55,648 bases of DNA from Cycloclasticus sp. (GTDB lineage: Bacteria; Pseudomonadota; Gammaproteobacteria; Methylococcales; Cycloclasticaceae), in NCBI GenBank assembly GCA_033791505.1, contig JASJGO010000199.1:1-55648 (forward strand), given 5' to 3'. Positions 32,002-41,578 of this stretch are shown here, one piece after another. The number at the start of each line of letters is the position of its first letter. Positions within the stretch are counted from its first letter, which is position 1. Made by a program: the position numbers and the translations under genes. The notes beneath the pieces are model-generated. The model was not told the origin of the DNA and did no database searches. It worked only from the letters and a program-made list of their open reading frames with translations.

Positions 32002-33392
32002 GCGCTGCCCTCCTTCATTATTATTTTTTCGACCACGCTTTCAAGCCCCTGTGAGCGAGAGCCCTTTACTAAAACTACGACGATTGAGTTCATCGCCTGC
32101 TGCAAAGCCATCGCCATCTCATCTTTGTTTGTAAAATGCTGTGCTTTTCTTGTATTTGATCTCGCCAGCTCATTAAAGGCGGCAACTGCCAGTTGCATCT
32201 TTTCACCGACCGCAAAAAACCTTTCCACCTTACTGCCGGCAATTTTCTGGCCTAATTGCTGGTGAATTTGCTGGCTATCAACGCCTAACTCGGCGAAGTC
32301 CCCAAGGACTAACCAAACTGGCCTTTCTATATTGTCCAGGCTACTCATCGCCGCCTCGAATGATTTTGGGTTTGCGTTATAACAATCGTTAATCACCACA
32401 CTGCCAGCCAGCCCTGGTAGCGACTGCATCCGTCCTTTAACGGACTTAAGCTTAGCCAGACCCGTAGCGATATTTTCCAACGACACACCTAAAGCAAGAG
32501 CCGCGCAGGATGCCGCCAGCGCATTAAGCGCGTTATGTTGACCGATAAGGTTCAAATGAATCGCTACGTGTTGCTGCTGATAATTCAACACAAAGCTCGT
32601 TTTGAACTGACCGTCGACCAGGCCCGTTTGTACAGAATTAATATCCGCCCAAACGTCTGCGTTATTTGACCATCCGAAACTCATAACGTTTCTGCCGTTT
32701 GCTAGCGCTAACCACTGAGCAAACCATGGCTCCTCTATATTTAATACGGCGGTGCCGGACTCACTGAGGCCTGAAATAATTTCGCCTTTTGCCGCAGCAA
32801 CACCCTCTAGACTGCCAAAACCTTCAAGGTGCGCAGCAGCCACATTATTTAAAATTGTCACCGTAGGCTTTGCGATAGCACAAAGATGGGCTATATCACC
32901 CTGATGGCTTGCACCCATTTCGATTACGGCCACCTGATGATCTTTGCTTAGTTTAAGTAGCGTTAATGGCACGCCGATTTGATTATTTAGGTTACCTTCC
33001 GTCGCCAGTACATTGCTTGACTGAGCCAGAATACTGGCCAACATTTCTTTCACACTGGTTTTGCCATTGCTACCGGTGATCGCCACCAGAGGAATTCCCG
33101 CACGTTGCCTCTCAGCTGCTGCCAATGTGGTAAGCGCCTGCAAGGTATCCTCAACTTTGACATAAGGCATATCAACAGTTACATCTGCACTGACTAGAGC
33201 CGCTACGGCTCCTTTTTCATGGGCACTAGCGACAAAGTTGTTGGCGTTATAATTCTCACCTTGCAGAGCTACAAATAAGTCGCCTTGTTTAAGGCTTCTG
33301 GTGTCGCTACTGATTGCACTAAAACTCAGGTTTTCGCCCACTAGATGGCCATTTACGGTGCTCGCTAACTGTTGAAGGCTCATGACTCGCAT
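31992..33392 (-). CDS. murF: UDP-MurNAc-tripeptide--D-Ala-D-Ala ligase
   Basis: [39 protein letters not shown]; alternative start 33383. Confidence 0.96.
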   Translation of the reverse strand: MRVMSLQQLASTVNGHLVGENLSFSAISSDTRSLKQGDLFVALQGENYNANNFVASAHEKGAVAALVSADVTVDMPYVKVEDTLQALTTLAAAERQRAGIPLVAITGSNGKTSVKEMLASILAQSSNVLATEGNLNNQIGVPLTLLKLSKDHQVAVIEMGASHQGDIAHLCAIAKPTVTILNNVAAAHLEGFGSLEGVAAAKGEIISGLSESGTAVLNIEEPWFAQWLALANGRNVMSFGWSNNADVWADINSVQTGLVDGQFKTSFVLNYQQQHVAIHLNLIGQHNALNALAASCAALALGVSLENIATGLAKLKSVKGRMQSLPGLAGSVVINDCYNANPKSFEAAMSSLDNIERPVWLVLGDFAELGVDSQQIHQQLGQKIAGSKVERFFAVGEKMQLAVAAFNELARSNTRKAQHFTNKDEMAMALQQAMNSIVVVLVKGSRSQGLESVVEKIIMKEGSACC

Positions 33393-34939
33393 CCAGACTT
33401 CCCCGCGCCAGCCAGCGCTCTTCTTTCCAAGGCGTTACGCGCTTCAACAAGGTCGCTAAAACTTATTTTTTCTTCACCTATTTGCTGGTACTCTTCATGC
33501 CCCTTGCCGGCCACTAAAATAATATCGCTTGCTGACGCACCAGCGATTGTGTGTTCGATCGCACGCTGGCGATCTAACTCGATCGTCAGGTGATTTGCGT
33601 TCGGAGCTCCTGATTTAATTTGTTCAGCAATTTTTTCAGCTGACTCGAGACGAGGATTATCATTAGTAATAATGACGACATCAGCCCATTCTGCTGCTAT
33701 TGCACCCATAACGGGGCGTTTAGCCGCGTCACGATTACCACCGCAACCAAAAATTAGTTTTATCTTGCCTTCAGCGTGCGCATGCAGGCTTCGTAATGCC
33801 AGTTTTAAAGCATCAGGGGTGTGCGCATAGTCGATGATGACGGTCGGGGCAGTTGAGTCCTTTGCTATCGTTTGCATCCGTCCAGCGACACTTTTTAATT
33901 GTTGCGCCCTTGCAGCGGACTCTTCAAGCGTCGCCCCCATTGCGATAAGCACTGCCATAGTGGCGACGATATTATCCACATTGAACGCGCCGAATAAAAC
34001 GGACCGAACAGTCACGGTTTTAGCTTCAAAAGTTACATCAAACGACAAACCCGCGGGGGTTAATTTTTCATTTGAAATAATCAGCTCGCGCGCACTACGT
34101 ACTAGATTTTGCTTTGCAGAACGGGAAAATGAAAATAACTTAATTGTTGGCGCCAGCACATCAATGATTGTCTGGCTAAAATCATCATCTGTGTTCAAAA
34201 CGACAAAATCTAATGAGGCGTTTTTAAATAGCGTTATTTTAGCCTGCCCGTAGGCTTCCATAGTTTGGTGGTAATCCAGATGATCGTGAGTTAAGTTTGT
34301 AAATACAGCCCCTTTAAAAGCCACCGCTTTAACTCTATTTTGCTCTAACCCATGCGACGAAACTTCCATCGCCACCGCGCCAAATCCTTCATTCACCAGT
34401 GTTGCCAGTTGAGATTGCACGCTCACCGCGTCAGGCGTGGTATTAATGCTCGGGTGTAGTTTAGCAACCGATCCCCAGCCTAGCGTACCTATAACGCCAC
34501 AACCTTTTTTTGCAGCACTCAGCGCTTGGGCAATGAAATGACTGATCGAGGTTTTTCCATTGGTGCCGGTAATGCCGATAACTGATAAAGAAGACGATGG
34601 GTTGCTATAGAAACGCGCTGCTATTTCACTCGCATTAGCGTTTAAGTCACACACCTCAATCAGGCGGATATCGTGCTGTTTTTTAATTTTTTCTGCTAAA
34701 AATTCTCCACCCGAAGAAGGGTCGTAAACAATCGCCTTTGCGCCATGGGCAATCGCCTGATCCGCGTACCTTAAACCGTGAGAATCCGACCCTGATATCG
34801 CCAGAAAAACGCCATTTAAATCGACATTTCTAGCATCAACACTCGGCGCACCTACTAACACATCGTTCTTAATGTTCTGCTTGCCTTGCAGCAAGTACTT
34901 CAAAGACACTAAGTGTAAATTTTTCTCAGCAGGCATCAT
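33380..34939 (-). CDS. murE: UDP-MurNAc-dipeptide--meso-DAP ligase
   Basis: GITGTNGKTS, TTPD, MEVSSH, DHLDYH, DYAHTPD, DNPR (DAP specificity), AGKGHE. Confidence 0.97.
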   Translation of the reverse strand: MMPAEKNLHLVSLKYLLQGKQNIKNDVLVGAPSVDARNVDLNGVFLAISGSDSHGLRYADQAIAHGAKAIVYDPSSGGEFLAEKIKKQHDIRLIEVCDLNANASEIAARFYSNPSSSLSVIGITGTNGKTSISHFIAQALSAAKKGCGVIGTLGWGSVAKLHPSINTTPDAVSVQSQLATLVNEGFGAVAMEVSSHGLEQNRVKAVAFKGAVFTNLTHDHLDYHQTMEAYGQAKITLFKNASLDFVVLNTDDDFSQTIIDVLAPTIKLFSFSRSAKQNLVRSARELIISNEKLTPAGLSFDVTFEAKTVTVRSVLFGAFNVDNIVATMAVLIAMGATLEESAARAQQLKSVAGRMQTIAKDSTAPTVIIDYAHTPDALKLALRSLHAHAEGKIKLIFGCGGNRDAAKRPVMGAIAAEWADVVIITNDNPRLESAEKIAEQIKSGAPNANHLTIELDRQRAIEHTIAGASASDIILVAGKGHEEYQQIGEEKISFSDLVEARNALERRALAGAGKSGCES

Positions 34940-36675
34940 TGGATACCTCTTTCAAGCGCCGCTAACACCGAAGGCGTATCAAGGTCATCAGGCGTGATAT
35001 TCATCAATCGCAGTGCCCCACTCATCACCCTTGAAAAAACAGGCGCAGCCACTAAACCACCATAATAATCTCCAGCCTTGGGCTCATCAATCACAACCAC
35101 CATAACCAGCTTAGGGTCTCCAGCGGGCGCCATTCCAGCGAAAATACCCAGATATTTATCTTCCGAATAACCGCCTGCAATGGCTTTTTTTACCGTACCC
35201 GTTTTACCCGCAACCGAATAACCGTGTACCTGCGCTCTGGGCGCCGTTCCAGCCCGACTTACTACGCCCTTTAACATGGCTCTGACCTGCTCAGCGACCT
35301 TTGCGCCCATCACTCGCTCACCCACAGCCTGATGTTTATTTTTCACCAGAGTAATTGGCTGCACCAGACCATCGTTTGCGATAGCACTGTACGCGTGGGC
35401 TAGCTGTAAAGTAGACGATGACAGGCCATAGCCAAATGATAAAGTAGCGCGTTCTATCGGCCGCCACTGCTCATAACCCACTAATTTTCCTCTCGCCTCA
35501 CCGGGGAAACCATTATCTGTTGAATGCCCAAAACCCAGCTTATCTAATAACTTCCAGAGGCCCATTGGCGGAATGCTCAGGGCAATTTTACTCGCCGCTA
35601 CATTGCTTGATTTGAGCAATAAGGTCGCCAGATCAATTTCACCATAATTACGGTGATCACGTACCTGGCTACGGCCTACTTTCATATAACCCGGGTTCGT
35701 ATCTATCATTGTTGTCGTGTCGAATAGCCCTGACTCCATACCTGCCGCTACTGTAAACGGCTTCATCGTCGAACCGGGTTCAAAGACGTCAACAAACGCG
35801 CGATTACGCACGTGACTTGCGGTGAATTTTGAACGGTCATTTGGGTTAAACGCCGGCTGATTTACTACCGCCAACACCTCGCCTGTTTCAGGGTTCAGCA
35901 GAACCAATGAGCCTGACTTAGCTTTTTGTTGCGCTACCGCGGCTTTCAGTTCGCGATAGGCCAAATACTGCAATCGTCTATCAATCGATAATTCGAGGTC
36001 TTTTCCGGGAATAGGCGAACGGATCTTATCGATATGCTTAACCATTTGCCTTTTACCATCTCGCAGTACGCGCTCGACTCCGGCAATGCCTTTTAGATGA
36101 TCATTAAATGACAATTCAAGACCTTCCTGCCCCTCGTCATCAATATCGGTAAAACCAACCAAGTGTGCGGCGACCTCACCGTCAGGATAGTAGCGCCTAT
36201 ACTCTTTTTGCAGGTAAACGCCTGGCAGCTGCATATCGGCAATCATTTGCGCTACCTGGGGGTCCATATGCCTGCGCAAATACACAAAGCGCTTCTCCGC
36301 GACTGCTTTTAATTTCTTCTCAAGATCACCGAGGTTTAACTCTAAATATTTAGCAAGTTCAGCTGTTCTTTCACCTAAATCAAGCTCCTGGGGATTAATC
36401 CAAACAGAACTGACCGGCGCGCTTATAGCTAATGCATGCCCATCCTTATCTGTAATTTTTCCTCTATAAGCAGGTAACTTAATATCCCGAAGGTAAACCG
36501 CTTTCCCTCTTTTTTGCAGGTAACCATTATTTAATACTTGCAAATCAATCGCGCGCCAGATTAATGCACACATAACCAACATAAAGCAGGACAGAATAAA
36601 GCGTCGGCGACCGGCCAATTCAGGCACAACAACCTTACTTGATTTATCCTTTGTGTGTTGATTAGATGCTTTCAT
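34936..36675 (-). CDS. ftsI: Penicillin-binding protein 3 (division transpeptidase)
   Basis: N-terminal TM, RYYP, SxxK (STMK), SSN, KTG. Confidence 0.96.
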   Translation of the reverse strand: MKASNQHTKDKSSKVVVPELAGRRRFILSCFMLVMCALIWRAIDLQVLNNGYLQKRGKAVYLRDIKLPAYRGKITDKDGHALAISAPVSSVWINPQELDLGERTAELAKYLELNLGDLEKKLKAVAEKRFVYLRRHMDPQVAQMIADMQLPGVYLQKEYRRYYPDGEVAAHLVGFTDIDDEGQEGLELSFNDHLKGIAGVERVLRDGKRQMVKHIDKIRSPIPGKDLELSIDRRLQYLAYRELKAAVAQQKAKSGSLVLLNPETGEVLAVVNQPAFNPNDRSKFTASHVRNRAFVDVFEPGSTMKPFTVAAGMESGLFDTTTMIDTNPGYMKVGRSQVRDHRNYGEIDLATLLLKSSNVAASKIALSIPPMGLWKLLDKLGFGHSTDNGFPGEARGKLVGYEQWRPIERATLSFGYGLSSSTLQLAHAYSAIANDGLVQPITLVKNKHQAVGERVMGAKVAEQVRAMLKGVVSRAGTAPRAQVHGYSVAGKTGTVKKAIAGGYSEDKYLGIFAGMAPAGDPKLVMVVVIDEPKAGDYYGGLVAAPVFSRVMSGALRLMNITPDDLDTPSVLAALERGIQ

Positions 36676-36953
36676 TTAACGATGACGTAAATAATTTGTT
36701 CCGGAAGCGGCGCCTGTAGATTTAATTTTGTGCGCGCTAATTTTTCTATTCGATTACTCGATGACCAGGTGTTCTGCTCTAGCTGTAAACGGCTCCACTC
36801 AACGTCCAACCTATCTTGCTCACGAAACTCCTGCTGAAGACGATTGAAATTTAAACGTAAGTCATATTTCACATAAACAACGGTTAAAGCCGACAGCAAC
36901 GTTAGCGTCGCCAGTAAAAGTATCGCTCTGGCTAAACTATATTCCAACATCAC
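36672..36953 (-). CDS. ftsL: Cell division protein FtsL
   Basis: TM plus leucine zipper, EWSRLQLEQ...RIEKLAR; lies between rsmH and ftsI. Confidence 0.92.
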   Translation of the reverse strand: MMLEYSLARAILLLATLTLLSALTVVYVKYDLRLNFNRLQQEFREQDRLDVEWSRLQLEQNTWSSSNRIEKLARTKLNLQAPLPEQIIYVIVK

Positions 36954-37885
36954 AATTTCTCCGCGATACGTAGCACCGCACTTCGACTGCGCACATTACT
37001 CGCCACTTCATCCACTGACGCTTTTATTGCCTTACCAACGCATTTATAACTTAACGCTTCCACTTCCAGCGGCATTGGCAGGTGACGCGGAATGACAACG
37101 CCGCGCGACTGTTCACGCATAAAGCGCTTAACGATTCTGTCTTCTAATGAATGAAAACTAATAACTACTAAACGACCACCCTTTTTTAGAATAGCGGCTG
37201 ACTGCTCTAGCACGAGCTCAAGGTCTTCTAACTCTCTATTAATTTTAATGCGGATGGCCTGGAAGCTTCTTGTAGCAGGGTGCTTGCCGGGCTCACGTTT
37301 TTTCACAACGCTTTCTATCAGGCTCGCCAACTGCGCCGTTGTTTCAATCGCCTTTTCTTCTCTCGCCAGAACAATTTGCGCTGCTATTTTGCGTGCAAAT
37401 TTTTCTTCGCCGTATACCCGCAACACCTTTACTAACTCGTACTCTTCAACGTGCGATAACCATTGCGCAGCCGATTCACCTTGCGTTGAATCCATCCGCA
37501 TATCTAACGGGCCGTCTTTCATAAAACTAAAGCCGCGCTCGGCGACGTCTAATTGGGGTGAAGAAACGCCCAGATCCAGCAAAATTCCATCCACTTTTCC
37601 TAATAACTGTCTGTCCGCTACCAGCTCTTGCATCTGTGCAAAACTACCGTGCGCCAACTCAAATCGCTTATCAGCCAATAGCACCTGAGCCTGTGATGAA
37701 GTCACAGCGTCCATATCCTTATCGATAGCGAGCAACTGACCTTGCGCCGACAAGGCCTGCAAGATTGCCCCACTATGTCCTCCACGACCAAAGGTTCCAT
37801 CGATATAAACCCCATCCGTTTGTCGTATTAGCCCGCTTAACGCTTCATCCAATAAAACGGGTTTATGCTGATTTTCACCAGCCAT
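36950..37885 (-). CDS. rsmH: 16S rRNA m4C1402 methyltransferase
   Basis: HKPVLL, DGTFGRGGHS, DLGVSSPQ, PLDMRM, ISFHSLEDR, RSRSA. Confidence 0.97.
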   Translation of the reverse strand: MAGENQHKPVLLDEALSGLIRQTDGVYIDGTFGRGGHSGAILQALSAQGQLLAIDKDMDAVTSSQAQVLLADKRFELAHGSFAQMQELVADRQLLGKVDGILLDLGVSSPQLDVAERGFSFMKDGPLDMRMDSTQGESAAQWLSHVEEYELVKVLRVYGEEKFARKIAAQIVLAREEKAIETTAQLASLIESVVKKREPGKHPATRSFQAIRIKINRELEDLELVLEQSAAILKKGGRLVVISFHSLEDRIVKRFMREQSRGVVIPRHLPMPLEVEALSYKCVGKAIKASVDEVASNVRSRSAVLRIAEKL

Positions 37886-38340
37886 TACAGAGACAACGAT
37901 CCCAGTTCAGGCGATAATTCACCGTCTTCTGCATTCTCCTCTTCAAACCATATGTCGCGTTTAGTGACCCAGGTTTGCTCATCCCAAATTTCAAACTTAT
38001 TGCCTTGACCAATCATCACAACTTTTTTATCTAATCCTGCAAATTCACGCAGCGGTGGAGATACCAACACCCTGCCTTGCCCATCTAACTCGCATTCTGT
38101 TGCGTGACCGATCAGTAAACGCTGTAAGCGTCTTGCCTGTTTATTTAATGTGGGGAGCTTAATAAGCTTGCGCTCTATGTCTTCCCAAACGGGTAACGGA
38201 TACAATAAAAGGCTATGCTCTCGATCCACCGTCATCACCATTTGCGCATCACAAGAGGATTTTAATTGCGCACGATATCGCGTGGGGATAGATAATCTCC
38301 CCTTCGCATCCAACGTCACGTTATTTACCCCTCTAAACAA
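37885..38340 (-). CDS. mraZ: Transcriptional regulator MraZ
   Basis: MFRG, DAKGR and DGQGR (two DxxxR motifs); TTG start with AAGGGG RBS. Confidence 0.96.
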   Translation of the reverse strand: MFRGVNNVTLDAKGRLSIPTRYRAQLKSSCDAQMVMTVDREHSLLLYPLPVWEDIERKLIKLPTLNKQARRLQRLLIGHATECELDGQGRVLVSPPLREFAGLDKKVVMIGQGNKFEIWDEQTWVTKRDIWFEEENAEDGELSPELGSLSL

Positions 38341-38365
38341 AAGCCATCCCCTTTATTAGTATCTT

Positions 38366-38427
38366 CCCTTTTATTCCACTTTTCCCCACTATTTTGCACT
38401 ATAAGGATCAAAATACCACTCTGTCAA
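38366..38427 (-). promoter_or_regulatory. Pmra/dcw promoter with MraZ-binding repeats
   Basis: TTGACA (38427-38422)-18 nt-TATAGT (38403-38398); repeats AGTGC, AGTGG, AGTGG, AAGGG at 10-bp spacing (38400, 38390, 38380, 38370) plus AGTGG at 38420. Confidence 0.8.
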
Positions 38428-38611
38428 GCTTCTAATTCCATAAATTCTTTCTTTACGAACAAACACTTAGCCGCATATCGCAACATCAAAGTGTAAGCAC
38501 ATTAAATGAATGAATAAAAATAATTAAAATCATGGTGTTGCGTCATTTAGTTAAAGAGAATGCTAAAAATATAGGCCACTAACGAAGATATCCATGAATT
38601 TACCGGCAATG

Positions 38612-38643
38612 CAAAAAACATCGGCAAGCATTGCCGAAAAAAA
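38612..38643 (-). terminator. Possible intrinsic terminator upstream of Pmra
   Basis: Stem TCGGCAA/TTGCCGA (38621-38637, 3-nt loop) followed on the minus strand by TGTTTTTT. Confidence 0.4.
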
Positions 38644-39209
38644 GCAAACTATTGATAATTAAGGTTTTTATTAGAACAATAACAAAGAAGAGAGCTGATG
38701 CTCGAAATTCATTAACTTTTGATGTTTTTATGCCCGCTTTTATGCTAATTAAAGGTAACAAAAAACCGGCGGTTTTCGACGAATAAATCGCTCACGTTGA
38801 TGCCGAGATCATTTGATAATAGCGGCAAGAAGCTCGTTGTTAAACACAACGATTCGGCCACTATTTGTTTGGCCACGGCCGTCTTTTCCTTAGTTCATTC
38901 GAACGGTTAAAATGATAATGGTAAGTTTATACCAGCCATAATGAGAGCTTATTGAAGCAACAGATGGGCTGGTAAAAACAATAAGTAAAGTAGCACCGGG
39001 TTCTATAACCTTATATCTACATGATGAAACAGGATATAAAAAGCCTTTAATTACTCTCGACACAACTGCGTTAAAGGATGTTCACTTTCTCACGTTAGAC
39101 AAATAAAAGAATTTCATGTCGCACTATGACGCCAGTATTTTATAGTTAAAAAATAACGTTTTAAATTAAAACGGTGTACCCCACCACTGTTTTAGGTATA
39201 GTGAAAAAT

Positions 39210-40010
39210 ATGAAAAAAATCATTATTACCCTCTGCCTTATCTTCCTCATCTCCTGTTCTCCGTCTAAGGTTGATACCGAGGATCTAGTTAAAAAAAATG
39301 GAGTTTACTATCCAGTTAACTCGAAAATACCGTTTTCGGGGGCTAAAGTTCATTACCACGGAAACGGTCGCTTGCGTATTAAAGAAAACTACAAAGACGG
39401 GAAACTAGAAGGGCCTACCGAGGCTTACTTAGAAAACGGTCAACTTAAGACTAAAGATAGTTACAAAAGTGGAAAAAAAGATGGGCTTTCTGAGACTTAC
39501 TACCGAAACGGTCAGTTATCGACTAAAGAGAACTACAAAGACGGAAAGCGAGAAGGATTTACTGAGAGTTACTACGAAAATGGTCATTTAAAAATGAGAG
39601 TGGAGTACTTAGACGGAAAAGAAGAAGGTCTTTCTGAGGGTTATTACGAAAACGATCTGTTGCAATTTAAAAGAGACTTCAAAAACGGAAGCTATGAAGG
39701 GCCTTATGAGACTTACTACGAAGACGGCCAGTTGCTATCTAAAGGCAACTACAAAGACGGAAAACTAGAAGGGCTTTCTGAGACTTACTACGACAACGGC
39801 CAGTTGCAAGTTAAAAGAAACTATAAAGACGGCAAGGAAGAAGGACTTTTTGAGCGCTACTACGAAAACGGTCAGTTACAAGTTAAAAAGAACTATATAG
39901 ATGGAAAAGAAGAAGGGCTTTTTGAGACTTACTACGAAAACGGCGCGGTGAAAAAAATAGGTTGTTATAAAAAGGGCACTTATCTAGAAAAGTCCCACTG
40001 TACAAACTAA
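39210..40010 (+). CDS. MORN-2 / YwqK-family repeat protein, predicted lipoprotein
   Basis: Signal MKKIIITLCLIFLISC (lipobox-like LISC) then nine 24-aa repeats GxxExYYENGQLxxKxNYKDGKxE; start moved from 39174 to the ATG at 39210. Confidence 0.85.
   Translation: MKKIIITLCLIFLISCSPSKVDTEDLVKKNGVYYPVNSKIPFSGAKVHYHGNGRLRIKENYKDGKLEGPTEAYLENGQLKTKDSYKSGKKDGLSETYYRNGQLSTKENYKDGKREGFTESYYENGHLKMRVEYLDGKEEGLSEGYYENDLLQFKRDFKNGSYEGPYETYYEDGQLLSKGNYKDGKLEGLSETYYDNGQLQVKRNYKDGKEEGLFERYYENGQLQVKKNYIDGKEEGLFETYYENGAVKKIGCYKKGTYLEKSHCTN
39339..39986 (+). repeat. 72-bp degenerate coding tandem repeat, about 9 units
   Basis: GGGCTTTCTGAGACTTACTAC at 39483 and 39771 (4x72 apart); AACTACAAAGACGG at 39387, 39531 and 39747 (multiples of 72 apart). 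Confidence 0.85.
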
Positions 40011-40232
40011 TACTTCAGCCCATCAAATACTATACCTATGAGCATTCTGCAACGCAGGATAATTAGTGCATCAATCATATAATGACACTAACTTTAATCG
40101 CGCCTTATAAGTCGTACTTAAGCACTAATACTTTTTGAATACGCTGGAATTTGCCCTTTTTAGTATCATTCCTAAAACAAGGAGGGCAGGTATCTAGCAT
40201 TTCTCTTTTATTTCAACGAGTTAAAATAAAAA

Positions 40233-40592
<360 letters not shown>

Positions 40593-40598
40593 GAGTGC

Positions 40599-40627
40599 AG
40601 TGTACAAACTAACGACCCTTCGAGCAA
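40599..40627 (-). promoter_or_regulatory. Putative rnpB sigma70 promoter
   Basis: TTGCTC-17 nt-TACACT ending 6 nt before the rnpB 5' end. Confidence 0.65.
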
Positions 40628-40638
40628 TTTTTAATTAC

Positions 40639-41505
40639 TCAATCGGCTGCTTTTTCGTCATTTAAATCTAAAGCCGCTTGATATAGCGTTTTTTTCGATT
40701 GCCCGGTCAGCTGCACCGCCAGTTTTACCGCCGTTTTTACTGAGCACTCAGACATCAATACGGCTAAGGTCTTTAGGTCTTCATCGGATAAGCCATCGTT
40801 TTTGTGCTGCTTTTTGTTAAAGCCTTCTATTAACACGACGAATTCGCCGCGTTGCATATTACTATCTGACGACACCAGCTGATGCAGTTCTTCTACCGTT
40901 CCGCTGGCGATGGTTTCAAAGGTTTTGGTCAATTCTCTCGCGATGGACATTTTATGCGTCGGCTCATAGACCGCCATCACGTCGTCCATACATTTCATTA
41001 TTCGATGGCTGGATTCATAAAAAATCAATGTTCCCGGCTGTTTTATATACGACTCAAACACGGCTTTTCGCGCACCGGATGTTCTGGGCACGAAACCTTC
41101 GAAACTAAATTTATCGCTAGCGATACCTGACGCACTTAAAGCGGTTATTAGCGCACAGCAACCGGGAATTGGCACGACCTGAAAGCCCGCGCTTTTCACC
41201 ATGGCAACCAAGGAATAACCGGGGTCATTGATAAGTGGCGTACCCGCGTCAGAAATTAATGCTATCGACTGCCCTTGATTGAGCTTCTCGAGCAGTATTT
41301 TGCTTTTGCTGTCTTCGTTATGCTCGTGATAGGCTGTCATCGGGGTATTGATCGAGTAATGGTTTAACAAAACCTTACTATTTCTCGTATCTTCAGCGGC
41401 AATCAAATCGACCATTTTGAGTACCTCAAGAGCGCGAAGACTGATATCTGCCAGGTGTCCGATTGGAGTCGCTACAATATAAAGCGTAGCGTTAAGGTTT
41501 GACAT
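40639..41505 (-). CDS. rsmI: 16S rRNA Cm1402 2'-O-methyltransferase
   Basis: LYIVATPIG, AEDTR, SDAGTPLINDPG, FYES.HR, ARELTK.FE, RGEFV. Confidence 0.96.
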   Translation of the reverse strand: MSNLNATLYIVATPIGHLADISLRALEVLKMVDLIAAEDTRNSKVLLNHYSINTPMTAYHEHNEDSKSKILLEKLNQGQSIALISDAGTPLINDPGYSLVAMVKSAGFQVVPIPGCCALITALSASGIASDKFSFEGFVPRTSGARKAVFESYIKQPGTLIFYESSHRIMKCMDDVMAVYEPTHKMSIARELTKTFETIASGTVEELHQLVSSDSNMQRGEFVVLIEGFNKKQHKNDGLSDEDLKTLAVLMSECSVKTAVKLAVQLTGQSKKTLYQAALDLNDEKAAD

Positions 41506-41578
41506 CGTTGACCCTTAAAAAGATACTGCACGATAAATTAATCATTTTTTTTAAATACGCCGTATAGATAGTTCATTT

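Noticed and set aside
38996-39004. CCGGGTTCT identical to a 9-mer near the rnpB 3' end, a possible att duplication
   Set aside because: Only 9 bp, and the match does not extend toward the rnpB terminus as an att repeat should
39094-39100. GTTAGAC (integron GTTRRRY core) upstream of the repeat gene
   Set aside because: No matching RYYYAAC inverse core, no attC-like hairpin and no integrase
39339-39986. 72-bp periodic repeats read as a CRISPR array or DGR
   Set aside because: The repeats are in-frame, degenerate and protein-coding; there are no cas or reverse transcriptase genes and no separate template repeat
40062-40129. Inverted repeat ATTAGTGC/GCACTAAT as MITE ends or a dif-like site
   Set aside because: Only 8 bp, with no target duplication, no second copy and no match to the XerC/XerD dif consensus
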